Virus record (IMG/VR): IMGVR_UViG_3300020042_013351
Location: 16,890 to 80,889 of that record
Origin: a virus
Lineage: Duplodnaviria; Caudoviricetes
Reading direction: 5' to 3' (one strand)
Length of the DNA stretch: 64,000 nucleotides
This document shows positions 29,838 through 39,396 of the stretch, piece by piece; position 1 is the stretch's first letter, and each line of letters begins with the position of its first letter. The notes beneath the pieces were generated by a model. The model made no database searches and was not told the DNA's origin. It saw only the letters and a program-made list of their open reading frames with translations. The position numbers were made by a program, and so were the translations under genes.

Positions 29838-31105
29838 ACGTCAAAACCTATTTCTGCAAGAGATGGAATGCTGCCGCGGCGGTATCGCCGCATGCCTAAA
29901 ATTTGGTTGGCAGGTGCAAAAGCGCCTGTTATTTTGAAGAGTTTGCCTGGTGCATCTGGTGATGAGAAAACAACACCTTCCAGTGCTGATGCTACATTGC
30001 TGATGGCTTGTAACCTCTTCATATTGGATTGCAAGATTTGCATGCGCTGTTCACTGTGTGCATCTTGAGCTTGCTCCACTGCTGCAATGGTTTTTTTCAA
30101 CTCTTTATGCAAGCGCTTGATCTCAGTGCTTTGATCTTTGACAAAGAAGGATGATACACCTTGCAACACTTTGAAGCTCAATTCAAACACCAAGTCCTTG
30201 ATGGGATCAACAGCTTGTGATTGCTTTTTGAGCTTGGAGTCTAATGTACAAAAGTCAGAAACAATGCCAGCATACTCTTTGTACTTTTTCTTGAGGGACA
30301 CTGCAGTGTCTTCAGATTTTTCAGATACACACAATGCTATGTCAATGGAAGCAGCCATGGATACAACATCTTTGAGTTTTTGTTTGATTGTTGCATACAC
30401 AAAGTCTCCAATGGTGCTAGTATTGATGTCAATGCTGTATTTGGTGCAAAGTTGAGCAATGCCTTGCTCAAATTCACCGTACCCTTGCTCATCATAGTTG
30501 ATGAGTTGTGTAATTTTTGGACCAGCCCACTCCCACACTTTCTCATTTTGCTTTTCAGTCTTGTTGTCCATCAACTTGACCAGTTGATCAAAATTAGCTT
30601 GCAGCAGCAATGGCTCTTGACCTTTGGTAAATCTTGTCATACTGTGCATCACAATGTAGTTGCCAGAATATTGAATAACATTTGGATTTGAAGAATGCAT
30701 GATTTCAGCATTGACCCATGTATCACCATCATCACCAAACAATTTGCTTCTGATGTTGTCATCCAATGATTGCAATGCAGAGTTGATGACTGTGCCACCA
30801 TCTGCAAATGCAAATTCAACTGCTCCACGCCCTGCAAATTTTTGACGCAGTTGCATTAAATTCATGCCACCACTTTTTATATCTCCTGTGTTGCGTGCAA
30901 ACATGGTTTGACCTTGTTGTTCATTCCATGTAAAGAAAATATTTTGCCCATCCACCTTTTCAATGGCATTGATTTCACCTTGCATGAGGCCCTTGAACAT
31001 GTGCAGCATTGTTGAAAACGGCAAACTCATGTCTTCATACACAAACTGCATGTGACCAGCTGCACCACCTTCATTTAATATAAAAAATTTACCAAATGAT
31101 ATCAT
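29834..31105 (-). CDS. ligase-like nucleotidyltransferase-fold protein (DUF6267-like)
   Basis: EGGAAGHM; motif I EKVDG; NAEI; motif IV EGVVF; LFKITG. Confidence 0.6.
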   Translation of the reverse strand: MISFGKFFILNEGGAAGHMQFVYEDMSLPFSTMLHMFKGLMQGEINAIEKVDGQNIFFTWNEQQGQTMFARNTGDIKSGGMNLMQLRQKFAGRGAVEFAFADGGTVINSALQSLDDNIRSKLFGDDGDTWVNAEIMHSSNPNVIQYSGNYIVMHSMTRFTKGQEPLLLQANFDQLVKLMDNKTEKQNEKVWEWAGPKITQLINYDEQGYGEFEQGIAQLCTKYSIDINTSTIGDFVYATIKQKLKDVVSMAASIDIALCVSEKSEDTAVSLKKKYKEYAGIVSDFCTLDSKLKKQSQAVDPIKDLVFELSFKVLQGVSSFFVKDQSTEIKRLHKELKKTIAAVEQAQDAHSEQRMQILQSNMKRLQAISNVASALEGVVFSSPDAPGKLFKITGAFAPANQILGMRRYRRGSIPSLAEIGFDV

Positions 31106-31110
31106 TCATG

Positions 31111-31122
31111 TATTTATAAATA
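31111..31122. promoter_or_regulatory. palindromic bidirectional late promoter TATTTATAAATA
   Basis: Perfect 12-bp palindrome with the T4 late consensus TATAAATA on both strands, each copy 5 nt from a start codon (31105 minus, 31128 plus). Confidence 0.75.
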
Positions 31123-31127
31123 ATGTT

Positions 31128-31529
31128 GTGAATGACTTTGACAAACTCTATCAAAAAGCTGTAGTTATTGGGGTAAACTTGCCCATTGAGATACAAAACA
31201 TTGGAACAATCAAGGCAAAAGCTGATACAGGCAACGATGGTCACTGCGTATTGCACGGTGTAAATGTTGATTTGCAGCAAGGCACAGTATCATTTGAAAC
31301 TGTTGATGGCAAGCAAGTGCAATTTGCATGCAATGAAACCATTGATATCAACATTGGCAGCGGCAACATTGAAAAGAGACCAGTCATCAACTTGAACATA
31401 AAAATAAACGGAACACCCTATTCAAGTGTTCCGTTTTCTGTTGCTGACAGAAGCAGCAATGATGTTCCTGTTTTGCTGGGCAAGGACTTTCTTGCTCAAC
31501 ATCACTGCTTGGTGGATCCAAGCAAGTGA
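31128..31529 (+). CDS. retropepsin-like protease (RimK-associated/RimB family)
   Basis: IKAKADTGN catalytic motif; EKRPVI; VLLGKDFL; GTG start. Confidence 0.8.
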   Translation: MNDFDKLYQKAVVIGVNLPIEIQNIGTIKAKADTGNDGHCVLHGVNVDLQQGTVSFETVDGKQVQFACNETIDINIGSGNIEKRPVINLNIKINGTPYSSVPFSVADRSSNDVPVLLGKDFLAQHHCLVDPSK

Positions 31530-31532
31530 AGC

Positions 31533-32177
31533 TTAATATCGAGTCTGTGCAAATTCAATGAACTTGTAAAACTCTGCTCTGCTGGCACCACCACTGTCAT
31601 CATGAAATGCGCCACTCACACGAGCTGTGCGCATGGTTGAGTCATGCTTGATGCCTCGATTGCTGCAACATGTATGATTGGCTTCAATCATGACTGCAAC
31701 ACCCTTGTTCTTTTCACATACCATGTCAACATAATCAAATATTTGTGAAGTCAGTGCTTCTTGAACCTGTGGGCGACGAGCAAACCAGTCCACAATGCGG
31801 TTGAGCTTGCTCAGTCCAATTACTTTGCCATCTTTGGCTGGAAGATATGCAACATGAGCGCGACCCGTGAACTGCAAATGATGATGAGAACACATGGAGA
31901 CCACCTTGATGTTGTTTTGACACACCATGCCATCATAACCATCAATGTTATCAAAAGATGTAATGTCAGGTGGCGGTGAATAACAACCTGCAATGAGATC
32001 ATTCACCCATGCTTTGGCTACACGTCTGGGAGTATCAGCACTGTTGGGATCATTCTTGAAGTCAAACTTCAATGCTTTCATAAATTCAGCATAATGCACA
32101 GCTGCTTGTTCAATCATATTCTGGCGCTCTTGTTCAGATTGCGGCAGGTTACCGTTGGCGTATTTGAGTAATTCCAT
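31533..32177 (-). CDS. folE: GTP cyclohydrolase I
   Basis: DTPRRVAK, SMCSHHHLQF, GLSKLNR, RRPQVQE, HTCCSNRG. Confidence 0.95.
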   Translation of the reverse strand: MELLKYANGNLPQSEQERQNMIEQAAVHYAEFMKALKFDFKNDPNSADTPRRVAKAWVNDLIAGCYSPPPDITSFDNIDGYDGMVCQNNIKVVSMCSHHHLQFTGRAHVAYLPAKDGKVIGLSKLNRIVDWFARRPQVQEALTSQIFDYVDMVCEKNKGVAVMIEANHTCCSNRGIKHDSTMRTARVSGAFHDDSGGASRAEFYKFIEFAQTRY

Positions 32178-32223
32178 AGTTACAATGTAATGTATTATGT
32201 GCATGTTTCAACTAAATATATGT

Positions 32224-33234
32224 ATGAAAAAATTTGAACAGGCTCTGTTTGCAGCTGAACAACAAAACAAACTAAAGAGAGTCAGATTAAAATTGGATCC
32301 AAAAATCCGTGAAGCGCAGGACTACTCTCAATATGAAGGCTATGAAGGTTATGTTTTGAGTGAAACAGACACACACATAGAATTGCAAATTAAAGATCAA
32401 CGCATCATGTTTCCTAAAGTGGTGTTGGAGAACAAGTTGAGAGATTTCATCAGAGGTGCTGCACCAAAATCATATGAATCAGGAAAGAAAATGTATGACA
32501 AAATCAAAGATGCAAAAAACTATTATACAGATCCTAATGTTTCAGGTGCAGAAAAAATTGGAAGGGTAACAGGTGATGCAGTGGGTGGATTAACAAATGC
32601 AGCACTCAAAGCAGCTAATCCTATGACATATTTGCGTGGCATTGAGCGTGTAGCAACTGCACCAACCAGATTGTTGGGCAAGGCAATTGGCATTGATAAT
32701 AATAAACAAAGTGAAGGTGGTGGTACGCGTACAGATTTTGGTGAACAAAACATGTTTGTTTATATGAATGGGCCATATGCTCAAAACATTGGCAGCATGA
32801 TGCAAACTGCAGCAGACAATTACAATGCAGGACACACAATAAATTTACCAGCAGCAAATAACATGATATATTATACTGTTGAAAATAAGAAAACCTCCAA
32901 CACAGACGAAAATTATGTTATTATAGAAGCTAAAATAAACAGAATGCCCATTGGTCGCATGCCTGCATTTACAACTACAATGCGCACAAGTATCAGAGCA
33001 TTAAAAAATCCACCTCTCTCAGGTACATCTGCAATAGATTCAGCTTTTTTTGATGCATGCAAGGGTGTTGCAGATGAACTCAAAATAAATGTTAATAATA
33101 CTCCAACAGATGCAAAAAATGAAATATCTGTGACATTGTTGTACATTCCATCATTGACTGAATATGAAATCAAAGGTTATCTTACCAATAAATTTCAAAA
33201 CGGTAATTTTGTTGTATCTGAAAAATATACTTGA
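32224..33234 (+). CDS. hypothetical late protein
   Basis: TAAATA-N5-ATG at 32224; N-terminus MKKFEQALFAAE. Confidence 0.65.
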   Translation: MKKFEQALFAAEQQNKLKRVRLKLDPKIREAQDYSQYEGYEGYVLSETDTHIELQIKDQRIMFPKVVLENKLRDFIRGAAPKSYESGKKMYDKIKDAKNYYTDPNVSGAEKIGRVTGDAVGGLTNAALKAANPMTYLRGIERVATAPTRLLGKAIGIDNNKQSEGGGTRTDFGEQNMFVYMNGPYAQNIGSMMQTAADNYNAGHTINLPAANNMIYYTVENKKTSNTDENYVIIEAKINRMPIGRMPAFTTTMRTSIRALKNPPLSGTSAIDSAFFDACKGVADELKINVNNTPTDAKNEISVTLLYIPSLTEYEIKGYLTNKFQNGNFVVSEKYT

Positions 33235-33264
33235 TTTATGCAATGTTGACTTCACAATGTAGTG

Positions 33265-33891
33265 ATGAAAACAAATTATATTTCTACCAAAGTCATTGAA
33301 TTAGGTTCTTGTGCATTCCGTCAATGGCGTGCCAGTCATTCACACTGCCGTCACATGCATGGTTATCAACTGAAAGCTAAATTTTGGTTTGGTTGTTCAG
33401 AATTGGATGAAAAAAACTGGTCAGTAGATTTTGGAAGTCTCAAAGAGCTCAAAGCCAAATTACAAGACACCTTTGATCATACATTGTGCGTCGCTGCAGA
33501 TGATCCATGCTTGTACATCTTTCAACAATTGCAGCAACTTGATGCTGTTGCACTGCGTGTATTTGATACAGGTGTTGGCATTGAGCGTGCAGCAGAATTC
33601 TGCTTCAATGCAGCAGCAGAATTTCTCCTGGAAAAATACGGAGATCGTTGCTGGGTTGAACAGGTAGAAGTATTTGAACATCAAGACAATTCTGTTGTAT
33701 ACAAGCCAGCAGCTGTTCAAATGCCACTTGTAGTTGTGTCAGATGCATCTGCGCCTGTAGTAGAACAAGCAGCACCACCACTGGGTCTTGCACCAGTTGC
33801 AGCACCACAACGAGTTCCAATGCCAGCACCAGTGGGTAATACTGTTACAAGCGGCAAAGGCAATTGGTTTGCAGGTACAACTTGGGGCTAA
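33265..33891 (+). CDS. queD: 6-carboxy-5,6,7,8-tetrahydropterin synthase
   Basis: HCRHMHGY, VDFGSLK, FDHTL, IERAAE, VEVFEH; A/P-rich C-terminal extension. Confidence 0.9.
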   Translation: MKTNYISTKVIELGSCAFRQWRASHSHCRHMHGYQLKAKFWFGCSELDEKNWSVDFGSLKELKAKLQDTFDHTLCVAADDPCLYIFQQLQQLDAVALRVFDTGVGIERAAEFCFNAAAEFLLEKYGDRCWVEQVEVFEHQDNSVVYKPAAVQMPLVVVSDASAPVVEQAAPPLGLAPVAAPQRVPMPAPVGNTVTSGKGNWFAGTTWG

Positions 33892-34637
33892 CATTTCAGT
33901 TTGCGTACAATGAATTTGAGAATTTGTGAACGCACAATCTCATTTTCACCAAACTTGCAGACATGAATGTTATTCTCCTGGCTTTCCTCATCGTCAAAAC
34001 AACGCACGATGTCTGGAAAGCCAGATTTGTTTCCAATGTCGCTCTGTTGAGTATCACCAATGACCACATATCGTGAGTTGTGACCAAATCTGGTCAAGAT
34101 GGTAACAATTTCACTTTTGGTAAGATTTTGAGATTCATCAATGATGACCAAAGAGTCATGAAATGTTAATCCTCTGACAAAATTGACAGGGATACACTTG
34201 ATGAGACCATCTTCTATCAAGGATGCAGCAACAGTTGGTACTACCAACTCATGCAATTTATCCAGCATGGGTAAACTCCATGGCTTGAATTTTTCATCCA
34301 CTTCACCTGGCAATGCACCAATGCTTTTGGTAGCAGATTCAACAATGCTGCGAATGTAGATAATTTGTTTGACCTGTTTGGCTTGCAACAATGTAAGACC
34401 TGCTAAAACAGCAATGTATGTCTTGGCTGTACCAGCACTGCCATCAACAAATACCATTTTTGTCTTGTTGTATATACACAAATCTAAAAATGTTTGATGC
34501 ACTTGATTGAGCGTATATTTGTTGCGTATACCCAGACCACCTTTGGCATTTGTTGATGCACTCTCTGAGGGATGTAGAACTTCATCCAGGTCGTCCAACT
34601 CTTCTAAACTGCGTCGAAGCCGGCGTTTTTTGCTCAT
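33888..34637 (-). CDS. phoH: PhoH family protein
   Basis: GSAGTAKT, PGEVDEK, RGLTF, IDESQN, GDTQQSD. Confidence 0.92.
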   Translation of the reverse strand: MSKKRRLRRSLEELDDLDEVLHPSESASTNAKGGLGIRNKYTLNQVHQTFLDLCIYNKTKMVFVDGSAGTAKTYIAVLAGLTLLQAKQVKQIIYIRSIVESATKSIGALPGEVDEKFKPWSLPMLDKLHELVVPTVAASLIEDGLIKCIPVNFVRGLTFHDSLVIIDESQNLTKSEIVTILTRFGHNSRYVVIGDTQQSDIGNKSGFPDIVRCFDDEESQENNIHVCKFGENEIVRSQILKFIVRKLKC

Positions 34638-34712
34638 ATGTCAAGTTTATTTAGTCATATGTTTGCGTTTTAATAGTTGAAACATCAGTGTATTGCGTTA
34701 TAATAGTGTATT

Positions 34713-35486
34713 ATGAATAATCTTGATTTTGACCCTGCACAAGAAACTATCTTTTTATCTGATGATCGCTTATTTTATACGATTGAGGGAGAAGGTGAAT
34801 ACATTGGTCAACCATCTGTTTTCATGAGAATGTCCATGTGCAATCTCACTTGCAAGGGCTTTGCTTCAGAAAGTTCACCTCATGGTTGTGACTCATATGT
34901 TTCATGGTCTGTAAAGAACAAGATGACATTTGAAAGCATATGGAATGAGTTCTTTGTTAAACAGAAGTTTGCAGATAAACTAAACAGTGGTGCTATTCTC
35001 AAATATACTGGTGGAGAGCCTATGATTCAACAAAAGCAATTGATCAAGTTTACTGAGTATCTGGTGCAGCAACTGGGCATGCATCCCAAAATTGACTTTG
35101 AAACCAATGCAACATTGATGCCAGATGAAGCATGGGTAAAAGATTTCAATGCCAGTTTTACTACATCACCTAAACTGACAACCAATGGAGATGCAGAGAG
35201 TAAAACATATGTTGCAGAGGTGCTGCGCTGGCATGCTCGACATTACAGCGGTTTTAAGTTTGTCATCAACAGTGACAAAGACATTGAAGAAGTTTGGCGC
35301 AAGTATGTGGAAGATGACAAAGGCATCAATGTGGATACCAACAGAATTTGGTTTATGCCTTGTTGTGGATCACGTCAAGAGCACATTGAGCGAGCCCCTG
35401 CAATTGCTGAATATGCTAAAGCAATGAACGTCAATTTTAGTCCGCGGCTGCATTTGCTGGTTTGGGACAAGGCATTGCGTGTCTAA
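34713..35486 (+). CDS. queE: 7-carboxy-7-deazaguanine synthase (radical SAM)
   Basis: FYTIEGEG, CNLTC...GCDS, TGGEP, ETN, SPKL, KFV, SPRLHLLVW. Confidence 0.92.
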   Translation: MNNLDFDPAQETIFLSDDRLFYTIEGEGEYIGQPSVFMRMSMCNLTCKGFASESSPHGCDSYVSWSVKNKMTFESIWNEFFVKQKFADKLNSGAILKYTGGEPMIQQKQLIKFTEYLVQQLGMHPKIDFETNATLMPDEAWVKDFNASFTTSPKLTTNGDAESKTYVAEVLRWHARHYSGFKFVINSDKDIEEVWRKYVEDDKGINVDTNRIWFMPCCGSRQEHIERAPAIAEYAKAMNVNFSPRLHLLVWDKALRV

Positions 35487-35497
35487 TAAATAACAAC

Positions 35498-35962
35498 ATG
35501 AAAGATACCAATGCAGTGAGCAAAGCAATTGTTGTTCACAAAGATAAAATTTTGTTGTTGAAGCCAGTGAACAAAAGCAAATGGCACTTGCCTGGTGGTC
35601 ATTTGGTCAAAGGTGAAAGTTTTCAACAAGGCATGATGAGAGAAGTGTATGAAGAAACTGGTATTCACGTCAATCATTATGTGTGCATCAACACTCAACA
35701 CAATTTCAAGTTGTTTTTGTGCAAAGCCCCCAGAGGCAATGTCAAATTAAGCAATGAACATGAAAAACATGCTTGGCTGTCTCCACAACAATCCATCAAA
35801 ACATTGGACATGACCAAAGAGACTGTGAGAGACATTCAATTGGTCATCATGTGCATCAAAAAGTTTGGAGCATTTTTTACACAAAACAATGTAAATAAAA
35901 CATCAGATGAGTTGCAACAAGAGCATGAGCAAGTAAATACACCATATGGCAAAAAATCCTAA
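35498..35962 (+). CDS. NUDIX hydrolase
   Basis: Nudix box PGGHLVKGESFQQGMMREVYEETG; TAAATA-N5-ATG. Confidence 0.9.
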   Translation: MKDTNAVSKAIVVHKDKILLLKPVNKSKWHLPGGHLVKGESFQQGMMREVYEETGIHVNHYVCINTQHNFKLFLCKAPRGNVKLSNEHEKHAWLSPQQSIKTLDMTKETVRDIQLVIMCIKKFGAFFTQNNVNKTSDELQQEHEQVNTPYGKKS

Positions 35963-36197
35963 TACAGAAACCGAAACCGAAACTGAAACTGAAGCAGCTG
36001 ATCCTCGCATTGTAGAGATCACAGTCTTTGTATCGCGCGGTGATAAGAAAGAATCAGTTGGTGCACGATTCAACCTTGAACACCTCATCAGCATTGGCAA
36101 AACTTCTGGATTGGAAGCTGCTAATAATGAACTCAACAAACTTACTGGCAAGATTTACGCTGCAGCCAACGAAAAAGTTAAAGAAATCCTCAAATGA
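35946..36197 (+). CDS. small hypothetical protein with TE dipeptide repeat
   Basis: 83 aa; TETETETETE encoded by a GAAAC(C/T) hexamer run. Confidence 0.6.
   Translation: MAKNPNTETETETETEAADPRIVEITVFVSRGDKKESVGARFNLEHLISIGKTSGLEAANNELNKLTGKIYAAANEKVKEILK
35967..35993 (+). repeat. in-frame hexanucleotide microsatellite (GAAACY)n
   Basis: gaaaccgaaaccgaaactgaaactgaa. Confidence 0.8.
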
Positions 36198-36916
36198 GAT
36201 TAGCAGTATCTGGCACAGCTGGCCAGGGCAAGACAACCTTCATCAAGGATTTTCTTGCTGTCTGGCCCATGTATACAACTCCATGCAAGAGCTACAGGGA
36301 TGTATTGGTTGAAAATAATTTGCAACACAGCAGCAAAACAACTCAACACACTCAGCAATGCATCATGGATTTCATGGTCACTCAGTTGAGTGAAACTGAT
36401 AAAGATGACAACATCATCATGGATCGCTGTCCACTGGATAATTTAGTTTATTCCATGTGGATGAACAGCAAGGACAACAAAGATGTGACAGATGCTTTCA
36501 TTACAGACAGCATCAAAAAGATGCAACAAAGCATGAAACACATTGACATCATCTTCTGGATTCCATATTCTGAATCCATTGATGTTGCACCAGATGGTTT
36601 GCGTGATACAGACATTGAATACATCAAAGAAGTAGATGCATTGTTCAAGGAGATCTATACGCAGAACCTTTACAATGTAGATTTCTCCTTGTTCCACAAG
36701 GGAGACAGACCTCCCATCATCTCAATTTCTGGAACAAGGGAAAACCGCATCATGCAAGCTGCAGATTATGTTGATTTGCAGGGAACTGTGGTGGAACCAG
36801 ATGAGCAATTCATGAGCCAGCTAACAACACCAGAAGGTGCAAATCAGTTGGAACAACTCATCAAGCAGCAAAAATCAGCACTGATGGATGAGACCGGCAA
36901 TATTTTTGTTGGTTAA
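36194..36916 (+). CDS. P-loop nucleotide kinase-like protein (AAA_28 / dNMP kinase-like)
   Basis: GTAGQGKTT Walker A; DRCPLDN motif. Confidence 0.75.
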   Translation: MRLAVSGTAGQGKTTFIKDFLAVWPMYTTPCKSYRDVLVENNLQHSSKTTQHTQQCIMDFMVTQLSETDKDDNIIMDRCPLDNLVYSMWMNSKDNKDVTDAFITDSIKKMQQSMKHIDIIFWIPYSESIDVAPDGLRDTDIEYIKEVDALFKEIYTQNLYNVDFSLFHKGDRPPIISISGTRENRIMQAADYVDLQGTVVEPDEQFMSQLTTPEGANQLEQLIKQQKSALMDETGNIFVG

Positions 36917-37830
36917 TTGAGTATGGTTACTGTGTAGCGGCTGCCAACTGTTGGTGAAATACTTCCTGCAGTTGCATTAGCATTTAATATCACTGCTGAT
37001 GATAAGTTAGTCTGTATTACAACATCAATATCCGCAAATTGTAGTTCATTTGCATTCAATGTATATGTTGCCGGAAAACTGAATGTTGAAACAGCTCCAC
37101 CATTTATAGAAGCACCTGAGGTTGCTCCATACAATGTATCAGAATCAGCAAATCTACTGTGTATAATTTTTCCAGTTAATCTTGTAATAGTATTTGAACT
37201 ACTTATTGAGAATGTTACTGCACCAGCTAAGTTTTTAAAATAAATCAAACTGCACTGCAGTCTATAAAAAGAACTGTTAGCTAGTAATGTACCTGCATCA
37301 TTAAATATAGATGTTAGTCCACTGCCAGATGAGAGCGTTGAGTTTGTATTAACATAATGAACAGGCTGTGAGCCTGTTACAGCTATAATAGTTGATCTGA
37401 GACTACTGACCGCAGATGATAATGAAATAATATTACTAACATTGGTTACAGCAGATAAACTTAGTGTGTTAACATTAGCTGACAATGCAGTTACTGTTGC
37501 ATTGAGAGAAACAATGCTACTAGAAAGAGCATTGCTGTATGCAAAGCTGGAACTTGACAATGCAGTAATGGAACTGTACAGAGAAGCAGAAACGGTTTTA
37601 ACAGTTGCATTGGTTGCATCGATAGCAGCAGACAAAGTGATGGCACTTGTAACACTGGCACTCAATGTTGCAGCAAATGTAACATGATCTTCATCAATGA
37701 TGAAATCTCTGTACAAAATAGTAGCTGTGCCTTCAACTGTTTCAATGGGAATCAAATCTGAATTGGAGAGAATATCCAACCTGGGCAAGTCTTTGATGTT
37801 GATGGGAATGAGATTGTTGTTGGTTGCCAT
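36913..37830 (-). CDS. probable virion fibre/structural protein, Ser/Thr/Ala-rich
   Basis: N-terminal NIKDLP...SDLIPIE typical of phage fibres; coiled S/T/A segment; beta-rich C-terminus. Confidence 0.5.
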   Translation of the reverse strand: MATNNNLIPINIKDLPRLDILSNSDLIPIETVEGTATILYRDFIIDEDHVTFAATLSASVTSAITLSAAIDATNATVKTVSASLYSSITALSSSSFAYSNALSSSIVSLNATVTALSANVNTLSLSAVTNVSNIISLSSAVSSLRSTIIAVTGSQPVHYVNTNSTLSSGSGLTSIFNDAGTLLANSSFYRLQCSLIYFKNLAGAVTFSISSSNTITRLTGKIIHSRFADSDTLYGATSGASINGGAVSTFSFPATYTLNANELQFADIDVVIQTNLSSAVILNANATAGSISPTVGSRYTVTILN

Positions 37831-37862
37831 TTCAAATTATTTATGTAAATGTTGATGTAACA

Positions 37863-38651
37863 ATGAAAATAGGTGTAGGAATTATTACATGCAACAGACC
37901 AGATTTTTTCAAACAATGTTTCAATTCATTGCCAGAAAACGTTGATGAAATTGTTGTGGTCAATGATGGTAGTCCATTACCATTTGATTTAAGTAGAGGC
38001 ATAGAGATTCAAAACGAAGTTAACTTAGGTGTAGGAAGATCTAAAAATAAAGCATTGCAGTATTTGTTAGATCAACAATGTGATTATATCTTCCTCATTG
38101 AAGATGATATGCGCATCAAGAGTCTGGATATCTTTGATGCTTATATCAAAGCAAGCAAGGAAACAGGCATTCAGCACTTCTTGTTTGCTTATCACGGCCC
38201 TGCAAACAAAAATGGCATTTCTGGTGGCAAGCCATACCCGAGAAAGATAATTGAATATCCATCTAGCCTTAAGATTTCACTCAATCAACATTGTGTTGGT
38301 GCTTTTTGTATGTATACTAAAGAATCTTTACACAGTGTTGGATTATTTGACTCTGAATTCAATAATGCATATGAACATGTTCATCATTCTTATTTGATGT
38401 GCAAGAATGGTTTTTGTACAGAGTATTGGTGGTGGCCAGACTTAGCAGACAGCATGAACTATATTGAAGAACAAGCTTGTTCTGAACAAAATAGTTCTAT
38501 CAGACCTCGTAACGATTGGCAAGATAATATCAAAAAAGGCTTTGAGAGATTCATAGCTTTAGAGCAAGTTTCACCAATACAAATTCCAGATAGTACACTT
38601 CAGAGTGTACTCACTAAACTTAAAAAAATTAAACCATATGTCAAAAATTAG
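37863..38651 (+). CDS. glycosyltransferase family 2
   Basis: IITCNRP, VVNDGS, LIEDD. Confidence 0.88.
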   Translation: MKIGVGIITCNRPDFFKQCFNSLPENVDEIVVVNDGSPLPFDLSRGIEIQNEVNLGVGRSKNKALQYLLDQQCDYIFLIEDDMRIKSLDIFDAYIKASKETGIQHFLFAYHGPANKNGISGGKPYPRKIIEYPSSLKISLNQHCVGAFCMYTKESLHSVGLFDSEFNNAYEHVHHSYLMCKNGFCTEYWWWPDLADSMNYIEEQACSEQNSSIRPRNDWQDNIKKGFERFIALEQVSPIQIPDSTLQSVLTKLKKIKPYVKN

Positions 38652-39396
38652 CTTATTAGTTCCAAGTAGAGAACGTCTCAATTTAAAGCTTACATTGTTA
38701 AGCTCCATCATTACAACTGTATCTGATATCAACAATGTAGAATTAATATTTGGCGTTGATGAAGATGATCCAACACGAGACATTGTATATAAGATTGCTG
38801 CTGCAATGCCTTTTGTAAAAATTGTAGATATTCAAAACAATAAAAAGTTTATTGGCATCAACAAAATCTGGAACATATTGGCAGCACAAGCACAAGGTGA
38901 TATTCTAGGTTACATTGGAGATGATATGATTTTCAAAACGCTAGACTGGGACAAGGAAATTATAACTGAGCTTACTGATAAACTTCCAGTTGATCAAATT
39001 AAATTAGTTCATTGCTATGATGGATACAGAACAACAGATGAAATTTGTGTTAATGCTTTTGTGCACAAAAAATATGTAGATATAATTGGATATTTGTGTA
39101 GAGAAGAATTTCTCATCAACTGGTCAGATCAGTGGATGTATCAAACTTTCAAAGCATTTGATAGAGTAACTTACAGACCAGATATTCACATCCAGCATAA
39201 TCATTGGATATTTGGTCATCGTAAAAAAGATGCAGTTGCAGATAGAATGCTTTCTGACAATAAAGATAGAATAAGTGATCAGCTATGGTTTGATTTAGTA
39301 GAGCAGAGAATTATAGATGTTCAAAAGATTGCTACTCATACTGGTTTGATTCCAAATTGGAATGTTGTAGATACACAAAAGAATGTAAAATTATGA
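38638..39396 (+). CDS. glycosyltransferase, GT-A
   Basis: LLVPSRER, GVDEDD, IGDDM, WSDQW. Confidence 0.82.
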   Translation: MSKISLLVPSRERLNLKLTLLSSIITTVSDINNVELIFGVDEDDPTRDIVYKIAAAMPFVKIVDIQNNKKFIGINKIWNILAAQAQGDILGYIGDDMIFKTLDWDKEIITELTDKLPVDQIKLVHCYDGYRTTDEICVNAFVHKKYVDIIGYLCREEFLINWSDQWMYQTFKAFDRVTYRPDIHIQHNHWIFGHRKKDAVADRMLSDNKDRISDQLWFDLVEQRIIDVQKIATHTGLIPNWNVVDTQKNVKL

